DNA of 62,418 nucleotides, the filler included, from Squatina squatina (taxonomy: Eukaryota): the NCBI GenBank assembly GCA_031763465.1. It is 4 parts of 4 records of this genome, joined end to end, with 100 filler letters (N's around TTAATTAATTAA, not from the genome) between each part and the next. Parts side by side here need not be neighbours in the genome. Positions count along the whole stretch, not along the records: positions 1 to 22,177 come from JARFOE010000192.1; 3 more parts are not named here. One strand, given 5' to 3'. Both the position numbers and the translations under genes were made by a program. The notes below the pieces were generated by a model that saw nothing but the letters and a program-made list of their open reading frames with translations, was not told the origin of the DNA and did not search any database. This document shows, piece after piece, positions 1 to 12,786 of this stretch. The stretch's first letter is position 1, and each line of letters opens with the position of its first letter.

Positions 1-328
1 ACCTTACTTTTACCCAAAGGATACTGAAACCCAATGTGGCAGTCCTTGACCAAAAACTTGGTTGCAACAGGCACTATGGAGAGGGATAAGTTTCTTGGAG
101 GTTGTTATGGGCAGATAGCAATATTCTCCTTAAGGGGACCTCCCATGCAGGGGCTGTGCATCCAAAAAAGAGGGAACACTGGCTGCCAGTTTAGATTTCA
201 AATAACCAATTAAGTCATTAGGTGTTCATCACAAGCATGATGCAAAGCATTTACTGCACACACTCAAAGCAAACGCAAACTGTTTTGAAACCATTTTTAC
301 TGTTGGAGATTGCTTATCTTTTACAAAC

Positions 329-451
329 CTGGAACTCTACTGTTCTCTTGTTAGCTAGGTCAGCCTTGTTCCCTGCTAAAGCTATTACAATGTTGGGACT
401 TGCTTGCCTCTGAAGCTCTTTAACCCAATTCTTGGCCCGTGCAAAAGTGTC
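329..451 (-). CDS. RAB5A: RAB5 small GTPase, internal coding exon (123 bp, phase 0-0)
   Basis: tttgcag|GAC...CAG|gtttgt boundaries; translates [41 protein letters not shown] (Rab5 with G4 NKxD motif). Paralogue assigned by synteny with EFHB and KCNH8; the residues look more RAB5C-like. Confidence 0.8.
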
Positions 452-1272
452 CTGCAAAGAAATTGACAAGGGAAATAGTAAACACACAAGAACTGTTACA
501 AGTATGCCAAACATTGGGTGGTCAACTATCTGAACACCTGCTTTGAGGACTATTTTGCTGAAAAACATCTTTGCTGGAAAATTCCAGGCACTTATTTGGT
601 AAAATCAGGAGGGTTATTCCACATGGTCGTCTCAAAAAGGGAGTGCCATGCTTTAATTTTGCTCGACAGTTGTACGCCTGCGAGGTAACAGATATACACA
701 GTATGGCGCTCTCAGCTCTGAATACCAAATAAAACAGAACTGACAATCTAAAGTTAGATGCTGAAACTAAAGTCAGATTTAAGCACTTTAAACCTCCAGT
801 GCTTTAGGTCATCAGCTATAAACTTCACAAAATTAATCCTACCATGAAAGCAGATAACAGGTGAAAGACCTGCTTTTCCAGGTTCCTTTAATGACTCAGC
901 AGTGCCTGTATATGGAATTTTCTGTCTACAAAAAGGGGTAGAAAGCTGTAATAGCTGCTAAATCTATTTTAATGAGTCAGGTTTGAGGTTTCACCAAGTA
1001 GGTGCTGTAAATAAAACAAAGTTTAGTACAGAGATTGCTCCAATGTAAAATAATTCACTGAATTATATATAGCTCAAAGGCAACTGCATCAGTTTGATTT
1101 ATTGTATGCTAGTGCATCTGCTTTTTCAGGTAGATGCAATCCAGCTCTAAAAAATATAAATCAAGTTTCAACNNNNNNNNNNNNNNNNNNNNNNNNNNNN
1201 NNNNNNNNNNNNNNNNNNNNNNNNNNNNNNNNNNNNNNNNNNNNNNNNNNNNNNNNNNNNNNNNNNNNNNNN

Positions 1273-1816
1273 AAACACCCATCGACCATTACCCTATTGA
1301 AATGGATAAGTCACCCGGTTCGATTGGAATCCATCCGAGGTTGCTGAGGGAAGTAAGTTGTAGAAATCGTGGAGGTGTTGATCACAAACTACCAATACTG
1401 CTTCAGTACAGGGGTGGTGCCAAAGGACTGGATGATTGCAAATATTACACTCTTGTTCAAAAAAAACCGAGAAGGATAAACCTGGCGATTACCTGGCCAG
1501 TCAGTTTAATGGTGGGGAAGCTTTTAGAAACAACATTGATTAAGTTTTTTGATGTGGTAACAGAGAGTGTGTTTGAGGGCAGTGCATTTGATGTTTGGAC
1601 TTTCAAAAGGCGTTTGATAAAGTACCACATATTAGGCTGATTAGGAAAATTGATGCCCATGGGATAAAAGGGACAGTAGCCGCATGGACCCAAAATTGGC
1701 TAAGAGAACAGAGAATTATGGTAAATGGTTGTTTTTCGGACTGGAGGGAGGTATAAAGTGGAGTTCCACAAGGTTCAGTACTAGAACCACTGTTGTTTTT
1801 GATATACATTAATGAC
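1273..1816 (+). mobile_element. CR1-clade LINE ORF2 (reverse transcriptase) fragment, decayed
   Basis: Frameshifted RT motifs: KSPGSIGIHPRLLREV, PVSL..VGKLLE, (D)FQKAFDKVPH, SGVPQGSVLEPLLFLIYIND. Confidence 0.9.
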
Positions 1817-1916
1817 NNNNNNNNNNNNNNNNNNNNNNNNNNNNNNNNNNNNNNNNNNNNNNNNNNNNNNNNNNNNNNNNNNNNNNNNNNNNNNNNNNNN
1901 NNNNNNNNNNNNNNNN

Positions 1917-1982
1917 GCTGTAAAGCACTTTGGGACGTCCTGAGGCCATGAAAGGTGATATATAAATGTAAACTTTCTTTTA
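1917..1982 (+). mobile_element. 3' tail of DeuSINE/L2-type retroposon
   Basis: ctgtaaagcactttgggacgtcctgaggccatgaaaggtgatatataaatg matches the tails at ~10128-10153 and ~23008-23060. Confidence 0.75.
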
Positions 1983-2216
1983 GAAGCAAAGAGAAAAATC
2001 AGATGGAAATACTATGAAGCACTAATATATTTGACAGTGCCAATTGAAAAAAAAAACAACCATATGAAAGAATTTGCACCTTGATGTGCAAATAAATTCT
2101 GAATGCTACAGCCATTATTGTACATCTAAGCCACACATCGCCTGCAGATCCAATGTGTGTTCAGAATTTTGTTTTAACCTGTCTGGCCTCCTCTCAGTGA
2201 ATGCTTTATTTTTCAG

Positions 2217-2371
2217 GTGTTGGGGACCTTATTTACAATAGGACTCCTACCAAATTCCTTCGAGAGAACGACAGGGATCAAGGAATCTTCACTACTGTCC
2301 GTCAGCATTTGAAGAAAATTAACTTCCATAATTTCAAATCGCTTCTTGAAGCTTTTCGACATTATGACAAG
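2217..2371 (+). CDS. EFHB: EF-hand domain-containing family member B, internal coding exon (155 bp)
   Basis: tttttcag|GT...AAG|gtaaat; GVGDLIYNRTPTKFLRENDRDQGIFTTVRQHLKKINFHNFKSLLEAFRHYDK resembles EFHB leading into its EF-hand; lies between RAB5 and KCNH8 in the orientation known from human 3p24. Confidence 0.9.
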
Positions 2372-2544
2372 GTAAATTATTTTAGTGCTACTATTGTTCT
2401 GATACTATCAAAATGTAACAGTTGCACGTCTTGTACTCAGTCTAACTTAATCTTAAGCAGCAATTATTTACCTGGTTCCAATATTTAGTAGTTTTGTTTC
2501 TCATTTTTGTTTCAAGATTACTCTAGTAGTTGTGGCCATTAAAG

Positions 2545-2800
2545 CAGGGTGACTAGAATGATATATCATCTTAGAGCTCTTAGGTACGAGGACAGGCTTT
2601 GAGTTAGGGCTATTTGGAGAACTTCAGGTTTTGACGGGATAGCTTATTTGAGGTGGATAGGGTTGGTGAAGACTAGAGAGAATGCATATAAAATCCATTG
2701 GCAAAAAATTAGATTAGATGCCAGTAAATGTATCTTTTTACAGGGAATCAAAGCCCTTTGGACCAGGCGTCCTAAACCTGCAGTGGGAAAGGATTAACTA
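2545..2800 (+). mobile_element. Old CR1 LINE 3' ORF2 remnant
   Basis: Degenerate text resembling the younger CR1 3' copies in this window (agggtgactagaatgata..., tcttttta-cag). Confidence 0.45.
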
Positions 2801-3597
2801 CAGTTCTTTACAAGGGAACTTGACACATTCCGGAGATTTCCAATTTATAAAGGATAAATTGCTAGTTGTCCAGGATTTTGAAGCGGTATGGATTACTGGA
2901 ATTTCCTCGAGCCTTGCCTGATTGCTTTAGGGACTTGGAGAGCAATTCCCCAGAGTTTTTGCTGAATTATTGCAGTTCTTTTCTCGCTTTGAAAGATCTG
3001 TATTCTGTCGCAGTAATTTAGGAATTAGCTCTTCCCTTAAATTGTAAACTGATTACTAGTGGATGGTGTTTGAATTTCTGAAATTAGCACCCAGGTCATG
3101 GAAGAGTCACAAGGAAGGTGTTGCCCAATCTATAAATGTACCCCCAGCCTTTACAAGTGCTCACATGCAGTGGCAGAAGATTACAAAACCTTTCAGAAGA
3201 TAGTTCACGGAAATCAAGAGATAGTGCAAGAATGGAGCTATAGAAGNNNNNNNNNNNNNNNNNNNNNNNNNNNNNNNNNNNNNNNNNNNNNNNNNNNNNN
3301 NNNNNNNNNNNNNNNNNNNNNNNNNNNNNNNNNNNNNNNNNNNNNNTCGCCTTACACGAGATAATTCGCAGAGGTGAGATCTATACTTCTTTATCAAAAC
3401 CAGATCGCTTTCTTGTAGGTTGTTTGCTAAAGTGGATGCAGTTATATGGTCAGGTTTCCTTGTTCAGCCCATCACCCATTAAGTTGACATGTATGAACAA
3501 TCACTCTGTTTCTAATGTGTCCTACATACACATTGCAGTTTACAGAGTGGGTATATTGTTCACATCTGTAGAGGAATTCATTCACATTTTATATATT

Positions 3598-5980
3598 GGG
3601 CCTGAGGCGGGTTCTGAGCGGGTGGGTAGGGGGGAGGTTGATAGCAGTGCACAAAACCAGAAAGACATTTCAGCACATCAGAATGTCTGATTTCAACATG
3701 GATACCTAATTATCATTTTACTTCTGAGTTTCGTGTCTTCAATGCGTGTCAGCAGGTGTGATGCACACCCTTGCATGAAGCAATCTCAACTCGACTATTT
3801 AATGAGCCAATTCAAAGATGGAATTTGGAGGAGTTGGGAGATGGCAAACTTACAATATGGACTCAGGCATTCAAAAGCTGTGCCCTGTATTAATGATCCC
3901 TCACTTGATGTACTGCTGGGTGCAGTAACGAGCAGGAAGGAGATAATCTTCCCCAGCAACAGGAGGAAGAAACCTACTGCTGTCACCAAGAATGTGTGGC
4001 TAGAGGTGGCTGAGGAGATCAGTGGCAGCAGGAGTATTATGCCCTGTACCTGCATCCAGTGTAGGAAGCGGTTCAATGACCTAAGCAGATTCACCTACAT
4101 CCTGTATTGCACACCCCGCCCCTCACTGTGACTTGTCAAGCATACTCCATCACACCTCACAGCCACTTTAAGTTTTAAGAGCACTCATCGTTCACTTTCA
4201 TAATCATCAGAGATGGAGAGGCTAGGACCTTGTAGCAACCTGGTGACAGAATTAAATATCTCCAACCCATATTTCATACAAGACTCAGTCATGTTCACTT
4301 GATTTCAGCAATTTGTGAAATATGATCATCATAATTATGCTAAGTGGCAATATTTTTACATTGCCATTACTAATTCATATCCGTCTCTTCTCTCCTCCAG
4401 GGCCTTCATGCGTAGGACAGTAGTCCGGGGACTTTCCGGGCGATGATTCCTCAGAGGAGCTGAGCGTGCACCATCACAGGACTCATGCTTACTGGGCACC
4501 AGTGCAGATACGCACACTTTGGTGGGTCCTGCTACACAGTTAGCTGGGTTTTCACTTGGTGACTCATGGTTCACAACTGAGCACGAGCAGAAAGTAGTGG
4601 CAGGGACAGCTGTGGTGTCAGAGAGCAAAGTCTTCTCTAACCTCTGCTCAGCTGGGCACAGATGCTGAAACCTGGAGCCATCGATGAAAAGGACAATCAT
4701 AGAGGAACAGCAGCAAATCTGCGAGGTACTGGTAGTCTTGCCTTGCACATTGTCCACAATAGCTGACAGGATGCATGAGTGCAAGCATTAGTGAATTGAT
4801 GTCGCAGGTCATTGCGAGAATGCTTTCTTCCATGGATAGACTGGCCTCCTCTGTGGAACTTCAATCATGGCAATCAAATAAGTCCATGCAGACCACGACC
4901 ATGACAAAGGTTTTGCAGACTTTTGATGCCAACATGTCTGCTGACTTAAACAGAATGAGTTACCTTAGTCTTGTCTTGACAATGCATCACTGATCTACAC
5001 CAAGCTGCTCCCTTGCAGAGAGGTAGAAGTGTTGTGCTTCTGACCCACAAGAGGGATGATGGTGAAAGGGGACATGGAAGTGGGACATGCTGCCTCCTTT
5101 CCTGATGGCTGAGCCTTCCCCTGCACATGTGTAGGTGGAGCAATCTTTGGCGGAGCCCTCACGGGCTCCAACATCCAGAGGTTGTCGGTCAAGAGCATCT
5201 CCGCAGTCAGAGCAGGGCTCTGAGCCTCTCCTGCTGCTGAAGCCACAGGGATTGCACCTTGGAGGAGCAATAGGCAAAGGAAAAGTAAAACATTGTAGCT
5301 CACCAAGGGTAAGCACATGGAACTTTGTGAAAATGTTATGTTATCAAGTTTTTTAAAAATCAAATCATATAAAATGTATTAATTTGCACTACTTTGGCAT
5401 GTTCACCATTCTTACCTGCCGAATGCCAACTCGGGCTTTCAGTTGCTTGGTGATGAATTTGGCGACATGAATTGACAATTGAGGCCAATTGCTGGATGTG
5501 CCACTGGGTTGGGCTGGGCACAGGACTNNNNNNNNNNNNNNNNNNNNNNNNNNNNNNNNNNNNNNNNNNNNNNNNNNNNNNNNNNNNNNNNNNNNNNNNN
5601 NNNNNNNNNNNNNNNNNNNNNNNNNNNGAAATGAAAAAGCATGTCAGCAGCAAGTTGTTGATGATCCCTTTAAATAGTGCTGGTGGGAGGGGGTGGTCCT
5701 TCCTGCTGCTGGTCATGATTAGGAGAGGGCATTAAATGGAGCGGTGACATCCAAAATGGCAGATTGTGCGTCAAATAAGCGTTGCACACTCATTGACGTC
5801 ACAATCTGCCTCATTTCCATTTCTGCAGCGAGCACAGGGAACGGCAGCACTGCCAACTTGCCCAAAATGGCGGCCGCCGCAAGACCCGTCGGAAGCGGGC
5901 GGAAGTTAGGTGGCTGCCATTTTTCTTCCAAACCAGCCAAGCGGGTCCATTTTCCCGGCCTAGGATTTCCACCCAGGCCC
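3598..5980 (+). mobile_element. Decayed PIF/Harbinger-type DNA transposon with Myb/SANT ORF2 (spans a gap)
   Basis: 3841-4090 encodes a Myb/SANT-like domain (SLDVLLGAVTSRKEIIFP...WLEVAEEISGSRS...QCRKRFNDLSR). A second segment after the acceptor ctcctccag (~4400) is S/E/Q-rich with stops and frameshifts. The GC-rich right end (5628-5980) has a TATA-like ctatttaaaggg on the minus strand, TGACGTCA and AAAATGGCGGC. Confidence 0.7.
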
Positions 5981-7174
5981 TCTGAGTGGGTCTCCAATGT
6001 GCTGCTGAAAAAGCTATAGGGGTGTTAGTTTTTGAACATTTAAATACAAATCCCCATTGGCAACACAATCCATACGTACAAACCATCTATGCCACACCTC
6101 ATACAAAGTTATCAAGTTCTTTTTATTAAATTATAAGAATCCAAAAGAACATGAAATACTTTTAAAGTTAGTGAACTTTTCTATATTATTGTACCTATTT
6201 CTGGGATTACATCATTTTTTGACATTCCCTACAATGTTTTATTGAAATATAAGCATTAAATAAGTGCCATTCTCTATAGTTTTTTTAATTATATTTTGAT
6301 CACTGCAGGTACATTCATAATAGGTAGCATGCAATCCATTCTAAGTAATCTAATCCTTTACATATCTTTTTGACTACAGTGCCTTCAATAACTTTTTTTC
6401 CAATTATTTCTGAGCTAACATCATAAATAGGACTTTTGTAATGCATTTGAGTTTTGCTTCAAGCTTTGCCACGAAAAGGTTTTCATTATAAACATGTGAC
6501 TTAAATACAGTTTCCATACCAAATGTATAAAAATAGTCATTTTTTGATAAATAATTGAACAAATTGATTTACATGATACAATGTGCAATGACTAACCTTC
6601 TGCTACCAGCTGTAGTTGACTGATTGTCTAGGAGACAGCATGCAGCGATAATTGTTCCTGTGCCTTGGCAGCACAGACAAATGAACCAGCAGGACACCTG
6701 ACCACCCAGAGCAAACTGTCCAATTCATATCCATCTGGGATATTTTTACAGAGGCTTGGAAAAAGAACCCTTTGCTTTAGGGAAGAATTACCTCTGCCAC
6801 AAAAGCCATTTTTATTCCTTTGCCTTTGATTTCCAGTTGTCCTGAGGCTGCAAGGGTCTTGGATTGTCCTAGGAGTTTGCAGGCCAGACAAGCAAACTAA
6901 TTTTGTGCTCAAATAGTTATAGATTCATAAGCATGCTCCTNNNNNNNNTTCTCACTTTTTCTCCACTGGAGATTAATCTGTTATAAATTTTTATCACTTT
7001 ATTTCAAATAAAGTTCGATTTCCAGCATCCCCCTGAAGTTATTTTCTGTGACTGTTAGCTCTGCAATATCAGTGGAATGCAGAAGAATAAAGCACTGATG
7101 CAATAATAATATTTTTATAACTGACAGCTGCAGGCCATGCTTTTCAGTACTTGCTTATCAATTCATCACTATCA

Positions 7175-7448
7175 TTATATGTTAATGGCACTGTCATCCT
7201 TAAATTTGTGTGTACCTGCCACAACTTCTACAGGTGAAGCTGCCATATTTGATAAAGAGATACCTGCCATCCCCTCAAGTTCCCAGGAATCTGGTGAATT
7301 TCCAAGGTCTGATGAACTGACTGGGCCCAGGTTGGAGCTGCTCCCCTCCTCAGACTTGCAGGGGAACACCAATGGGATTGATCTCTCAGGCGATGAATTT
7401 GCCGAAGATGAAAGGGTTACTGAAATGGACTGAAGAGGGGTTAACATG
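7175..7448 (-). CDS. KCNH8: KCNH8 (Kv12.1/Elk1) last coding exon, 3' part with stop codon (5' part in gap)
   Basis: ...SPERSIPLVFPCKSEEGSSS...PVEVVAGTHKFKDDSAINI* resembles the KCNH8 C-terminus; TAA at 7177-7175; downstream of the other KCNH8 exons. Confidence 0.85.
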
Positions 7449-7548
7449 NNNNNNNNNNNNNNNNNNNNNNNNNNNNNNNNNNNNNNNNNNNNNNNNNNNN
7501 NNNNNNNNNNNNNNNNNNNNNNNNNNNNNNNNNNNNNNNNNNNNNNNN

Positions 7549-8265
7549 TCTTAGTTGAGGAGTTACTTGAAGTGCTCCTTCCAGCGGACGCTGACTGCCT
7601 TTCTGTCCTTGATGAGCACGTCTCCGTTCTTAGCTCTCAGCGAGGTAGGTCTTTGTGTGTTTGGGCCATAGATGGTCTTGACTGCGCTGAAGGATCCACG
7701 CATGTTGTGGTTGTCGGCGAGTTGCTGGATCTCCTGCGCTCTTTCAATCCATCTATTCTTTAGGTTCCGGGCTTTTTGTTGGACCTCAGCCTTCATTTGT
7801 CTGTAGACCTGTTTCCTTTCCCTCAAGCTTTGGTGGTGCTTCCAGTTCAAGAACGCCTTGCGTTTGCAGTTTAACAGCTCCTGAGTCTCCTGGTTGTTCT
7901 TGTCAAACCAGTCTTGATGTTTCCTGGTAGAGAAACAAAGAGTCTCCTCGCAGGTGCTGGTGATCATAGACTTGAGGGTGGACCACGCACTGTGGACACT
8001 CCGTGGTTCCGATTCGTTGAGCGTGGCCAGGTTAGTTGTGAGGCGTTGGCTGAGTAGGGCTTTCTTCGTGGAGTCCTTCGATGCTGATTTTCCTGCGATA
8101 GTGTTTTTGTTGCCAGTGTCGTTTTTGGGCCAGGTTGACGGAAATGATGGAGCGGATTAGGCGGTGGTCAGTCCAGCAGTCGTCAGCTCCTGTCATGACG
8201 CGTGTGATGCGGACGTCCTTGTGGTCCCTCGCTCGAACACTGGTGTAGTCTAGCAGGTGCCATTG
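7549..8265 (-). mobile_element. RTE-clade LINE fragment (endonuclease C-terminus and linker)
   Basis: WHLLDY..VRARDHKDVRITRVMTGADDCWTDHRLIRS followed by RKHQDWFDKN...AVKTIYGP...RWKEHF. Confidence 0.9.
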
Positions 8266-8766
8266 NNNNNNNNNNNNNNNNNNNNNNNNNNNNNNNNNNN
8301 NNNNNNNNNNNNNNNNNNNNNNNNNNNNNNNNNNNNNNNNNNNNNNNNNNNNNNNNNNNNNNNNNGAGCTGGCACACTCGTGGAAGTCCATAACACTTGA
8401 CCATTGCCAACCCATGCTTCAGCTTTCCAGACTGAATTAAGCAGCATGTTCCTATGGGGACAGAACATGCCCTCCATTATGGGCAGATGGGAACTGTCCC
8501 TGTTTGGGCTTTTCAGTGCTTGCTTTGGACATTAGTTTCCACACATATCAAATACCTTGAACAAACAAAAATGAATGAGCATCAATATATATATACATAA
8601 ACGTGTATGCAGAATAAACTTTTGTAAATCTGTTGTTCTGCAATACTTAAATATTTTCAGATATGATGCCATGTAGTCTTGCCTATGAGGATTTTGGTTT
8701 TGGTTTTTCATGCTGAATCATGTTTTTTTTTGTTTTACAGTTTGAATTGGCAATAAGTATTCGTAC

Positions 8767-8846
8767 CTCATCATTTAGCTTTATGATCTGCTGCTTTGTC
8801 TCTTCAGCTTTAGCAGCCAGCATGGCGGGAGTAACTTGATCAAAGT
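8767..8846 (-). CDS. KCNH8: KCNH8 C-terminal coiled-coil exon (80 bp)
   Basis: tttacag|AC...GAG|gtacga; DFDQVTPAMLAAKAEETKQQIIKLNDE contains the KAEETKQQI.KLN motif of KCNH8. Confidence 0.85.
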
Positions 8847-9000
8847 CTGTAAACATCAAACAATAATTTATCAACCCTCCGCTGTCCTCCAATCCAGTGG
8901 CACTGTACACTGATGATTATATTTACAGCAGCAATTTGTATTACATGAAAATACCAGCATTTTAAAATTAACTTGATCTGGAGATTTAATACAAAGAGTG

Positions 9001-9119
9001 TGGGATTTTAACCCTACCCACTGGGCGGAAACCGGGCGAGTACACAATTAAAATGCCCGTGTTACCTACCCGCTGATTTACTATCTGCTGATCCTGATTT
9101 TAACCTGCTCTTCTGAGCA
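9001..9119 (+). mobile_element. Left end of Harbinger-type MITE
   Basis: gggattttaaccc...ttaaaatg...ctgattttaacc, similar to the termini at 26563, 27563, 28019 and 28378. Confidence 0.5.
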
Positions 9120-9219
9120 NNNNNNNNNNNNNNNNNNNNNNNNNNNNNNNNNNNNNNNNNNNNNNNNNNNNNNNNNNNNNNNNNNNNNNNNNNNNNNNNN
9201 NNNNNNNNNNNNNNNNNNN

Positions 9220-9538
9220 TAGAGAGGTGCAGTTTTAGATTTTTGTCTTTTCCACTCCCTACATTAACAGCCTCGTTATCTTGTCTGCTTCTGATCATTA
9301 CACTGCAGCCCCTGATGGGAGATTTGAAGCCTATAGGACCTAAGAGGAGCTGTTGATTAGTTCCGAGAGAACTGCTGGTGTTCGGAGTCTTGTTAAAATT
9401 CAAAGATCGATTGTGGGATGTAAAGCTGGTGGATACACGTGACAATGGGGTAGTCTCATCCACTTCTTCCACCTCCTCTTCATCTTCTACAATAGAAGCG
9501 AGTTTCTGGTTTAGCTTCCCATTTCCGTTGGACTCTGA
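9220..9538 (-). CDS. KCNH8: KCNH8 post-CNBHD exon (3' end truncated by gap)
   Basis: cacttag|TCA; SESNGNGKLNQKLASIVEDEEEVEE...FKSPIR...KDKNLKLHLS. Confidence 0.9.
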
Positions 9539-9726
9539 CTAAGTGTGAATGGAGACAAAAAAACAATCAGTACATGGATGTCACAAACGATTACTCAGGA
9601 ACTAAATTATTCTCTTATAACTAGCAAGTAACCAAGTAAGAGATGTAAAGATTATAAATGATTTAGCAGGACACAGTGGTAAACTAGAAAAGAAAGAACT
9701 TTAGCGCCTTTCACAACCTCGGGACA

Positions 9727-10153
9727 GGGAGTGTCAGCTATGGCTCAGTGGGTAGCACTCTCGCCTCTGAGTCAGAAGGTAGTGGGTTCAGGTCCCACTC
9801 CAGGGACTTGAGCACAAAAACCTAGGCTGACACTCCCAGTGCAGTTCTGAGGGCGTGCTGCACTGTCAGAGGTGCCGTCTTTAGGGTGAGATGTTAAACC
9901 GAAACCCTGTCTGCTCCCGCAGATGGACGTAAAAGGTCCCATGGCACTATTTTGAAGAAGAGCAGGGGAGTTCTCCCTGGTGTCCTGGCCAATATTTATC
10001 CCTCAATCAACATCACCAAAAACACAGATTATCTGATCATTATCACATTGCTGTTTGAGAGAGCAAATTGGCTGCTGCATTTTCTGCATTACATCAGTGA
10101 CTACACTTCAAAAATACTTCATTGGCTGCAAAGTGCTTTGGGACATCCTGAAG
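9727..10153 (+). mobile_element. tRNA-derived DeuSINE (SacSINE1/AmnSINE1-like), near full length
   Basis: Pol III A box tggctcagtgg and B box ggttcaggtcc, Deu-domain core (gaggtgccgtcttt...cccatggcacta...ggtgtcctggccaa), L2-like tail; second copy at 22620. Confidence 0.85.
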
Positions 10154-10412
10154 ACTATCCCAACGCACTCCTGGGCGGCCTCCAATATTACACCCTCCGT
10201 AAACTTAAGGTCATTCCAAAACTCTGCTGCCCGTCTCTTAACTCACACCAAGTCCTGTTCACCCATCATCCCCGTGCTCTCGGACCTACAAGCTTGCACA
10301 TCCCTGATTTTAATCGCCCTTGTCATTTGCAGCCATGCCTTCAGCTGACGAAGCTCTGGAATTCCCTCCTTAAACCTCTATCTTTCCCTCTCCTTCCTCC
10401 TTTAAGATGCCC
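10154..10412 (+). mobile_element. L2-clade LINE ORF2 C-terminal fragment
   Basis: DYPNALLGGL..TLRKLKV(I)QNSAARLLTHTKSCSPIIPVLSDL; KLWNSL. Confidence 0.8.
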
Positions 10413-10529
10413 NNNNNNNNNNNNNNNNNNNNNNNNNNNNNNNNNNNNNNNNNNNNNNNNNNNNNNNNNNNNNNNNNNNNNNNNNNNNNNNNNNNNNNNN
10501 NNNNNNNNNNNNTCTTGTCATTGCTCTTA

Positions 10530-10844
<315 letters not shown>

Positions 10845-11398
10845 CTACGGAAATGAGAAGAGTTAATACACGTTGGAATAACGAATGGCGACCTGTCCGG
10901 AAAAGACCAGGGAGGAGGTTTTGAATACAACTCATAAAAAGAAATTCACCAGTATTACTCAAAATGTTTCAAACAGTAAAATCTAATAGGTTTCTATAAT
11001 AATTAACATTGGTATTTTCAGTTGTTATTTAATGGCAATTAGCTAATTGCATGAAGAAATGTGTATAGTTTTCAAAATACTTTAAAGCCAAAATAATCAT
11101 GAATGACTGCAAGGAGTAATTAGCCGGAAGATAAATGAACTGAGATGCATTTCAGAATCTCCCCACAGAATACCTCTTTCTTCCTTCTATAAAACAATTA
11201 ACAGTATGACATAAATTCTGACAGTATAGTGTTACAAATATTGAATTAACACTTCCTTAATATAAACATATTCATATATACAACACATGCAAACACATGC
11301 TTCCATATCAAAAAAGTTTCTCCTCTGGAGCATTATATTTATATTTGGACACATACATATATACACATATGTGTTGTGTTGATTAATAGACAAACTGT

Positions 11399-11767
11399 AT
11401 AAGGATGTCTCAGAGCAGCTGTAGGGCATTCTGGAGCGGGAGGGTGAACAGACAGTTGTCGTGGTATATATCGATACCAACGACATAGGTAAAAAAAGGG
11501 ATGAGGTCCTGCAAGCTGAATATAGGGAGTTAAGAGGTAAATTAAAATGCAGGACCTCAAAAGGTAGTAATCTCGGGATTACTCCCAGTGCCATGTGCTA
11601 GCAAGAGTAGAAATAGGAAGATATATCAGATGAATATGTGGCTGGAGAGATGGTGTCGGGGGGAGTGGATTCAGATTCCTGGGACATTAGGACCGGTTCT
11701 GGGGAAGGTGGGACCAGTACAAACTGGACGGGTTATACCTGGGCAGGACCGGGACCAATGTCCTTGG
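11399..11767 (+). mobile_element. CR1 LINE ORF1 (SGNH esterase domain) fragment
   Basis: Frameshifted VVVYIDTNDIGKKRDEVL...VISGLLPVPCAS...NMWLERWCRGE...WGRWDQYKLDGLYL. Confidence 0.85.
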
Positions 11768-12167
11768 NNNNNNNNNNNNNNNNNNNNNNNNNNNNNNNNN
11801 NNNNNNNNNNNNNNNNNNNNNNNNNNNNNNNNNNNNNNNNNNNNNNNNNNNNNNNNNNNNNNNNNNNTTACGCATTTTGTAGCAGTTATCACTTTGTTTG
11901 AATTGTAGACCACCCTTCATAATTTGTATTTGCAGAAAACTATAACATTGCAGTGATAAAATTTCATAAAACAGGAAAAATTCTGTCAATAGCAACTGAA
12001 ACATTTTAAACCTTAAGATTATTTCAAATACTGACCCCAAATTTCTGTATTATAATGATTATGCTTAATACATTTCCAGTAGTGACAATACTTTTGCTAC
12101 CCCTTACATCTGACCTTAAAGATGTGAGACTTAAGGATAGCATTGAAGACCAGGTAGGAACACTTTA

Positions 12168-12428
<261 letters not shown>

Positions 12429-12565
12429 TTATTTTAGGCTTACATGAAAATACAATTGTATGTGGNNNNNNNNNNNNNNNNNNNNNNNNNNNNNNNNNNN
12501 NNNNNNNNNNNNNNNNNNNNNNNNNNNNNNNNNNNNNNNNNNNNNNNNNNNNNNNNNNNNNNNNN

Positions 12566-12786
12566 CATAAAAGTCATTGAAATCTGGAATTTGCTCCCTC
12601 AAAAGGATGGGTCAGTTGGAGCTTTTGAGACCGCGATCGATAGATTTTTGTAAGGTAAGACTATCAAGGGATATGAAGAAACGGTGGGCTAATGGAATTG
12701 AGGTACAGATCAGCCGTGATCTAAGAGAATGGCGGGACAGGCTCAAGGGGCTGAATGGCCTCCTCCTGTTCCTGTATTTCCTATGC
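12566..12786 (+). mobile_element. CR1 LINE 3' end
   Basis: KVIEIWNLLPQ...AIDRFL, then the conserved 3' UTR ggctcaaggggctgaatggcctcctcctgttcctgtatttcctatg. Confidence 0.85.

Noticed and set aside
9727-9800. tRNA-like A/B box sequence
   Set aside because: Head of a DeuSINE; it continues into the Deu core and has no cloverleaf end.
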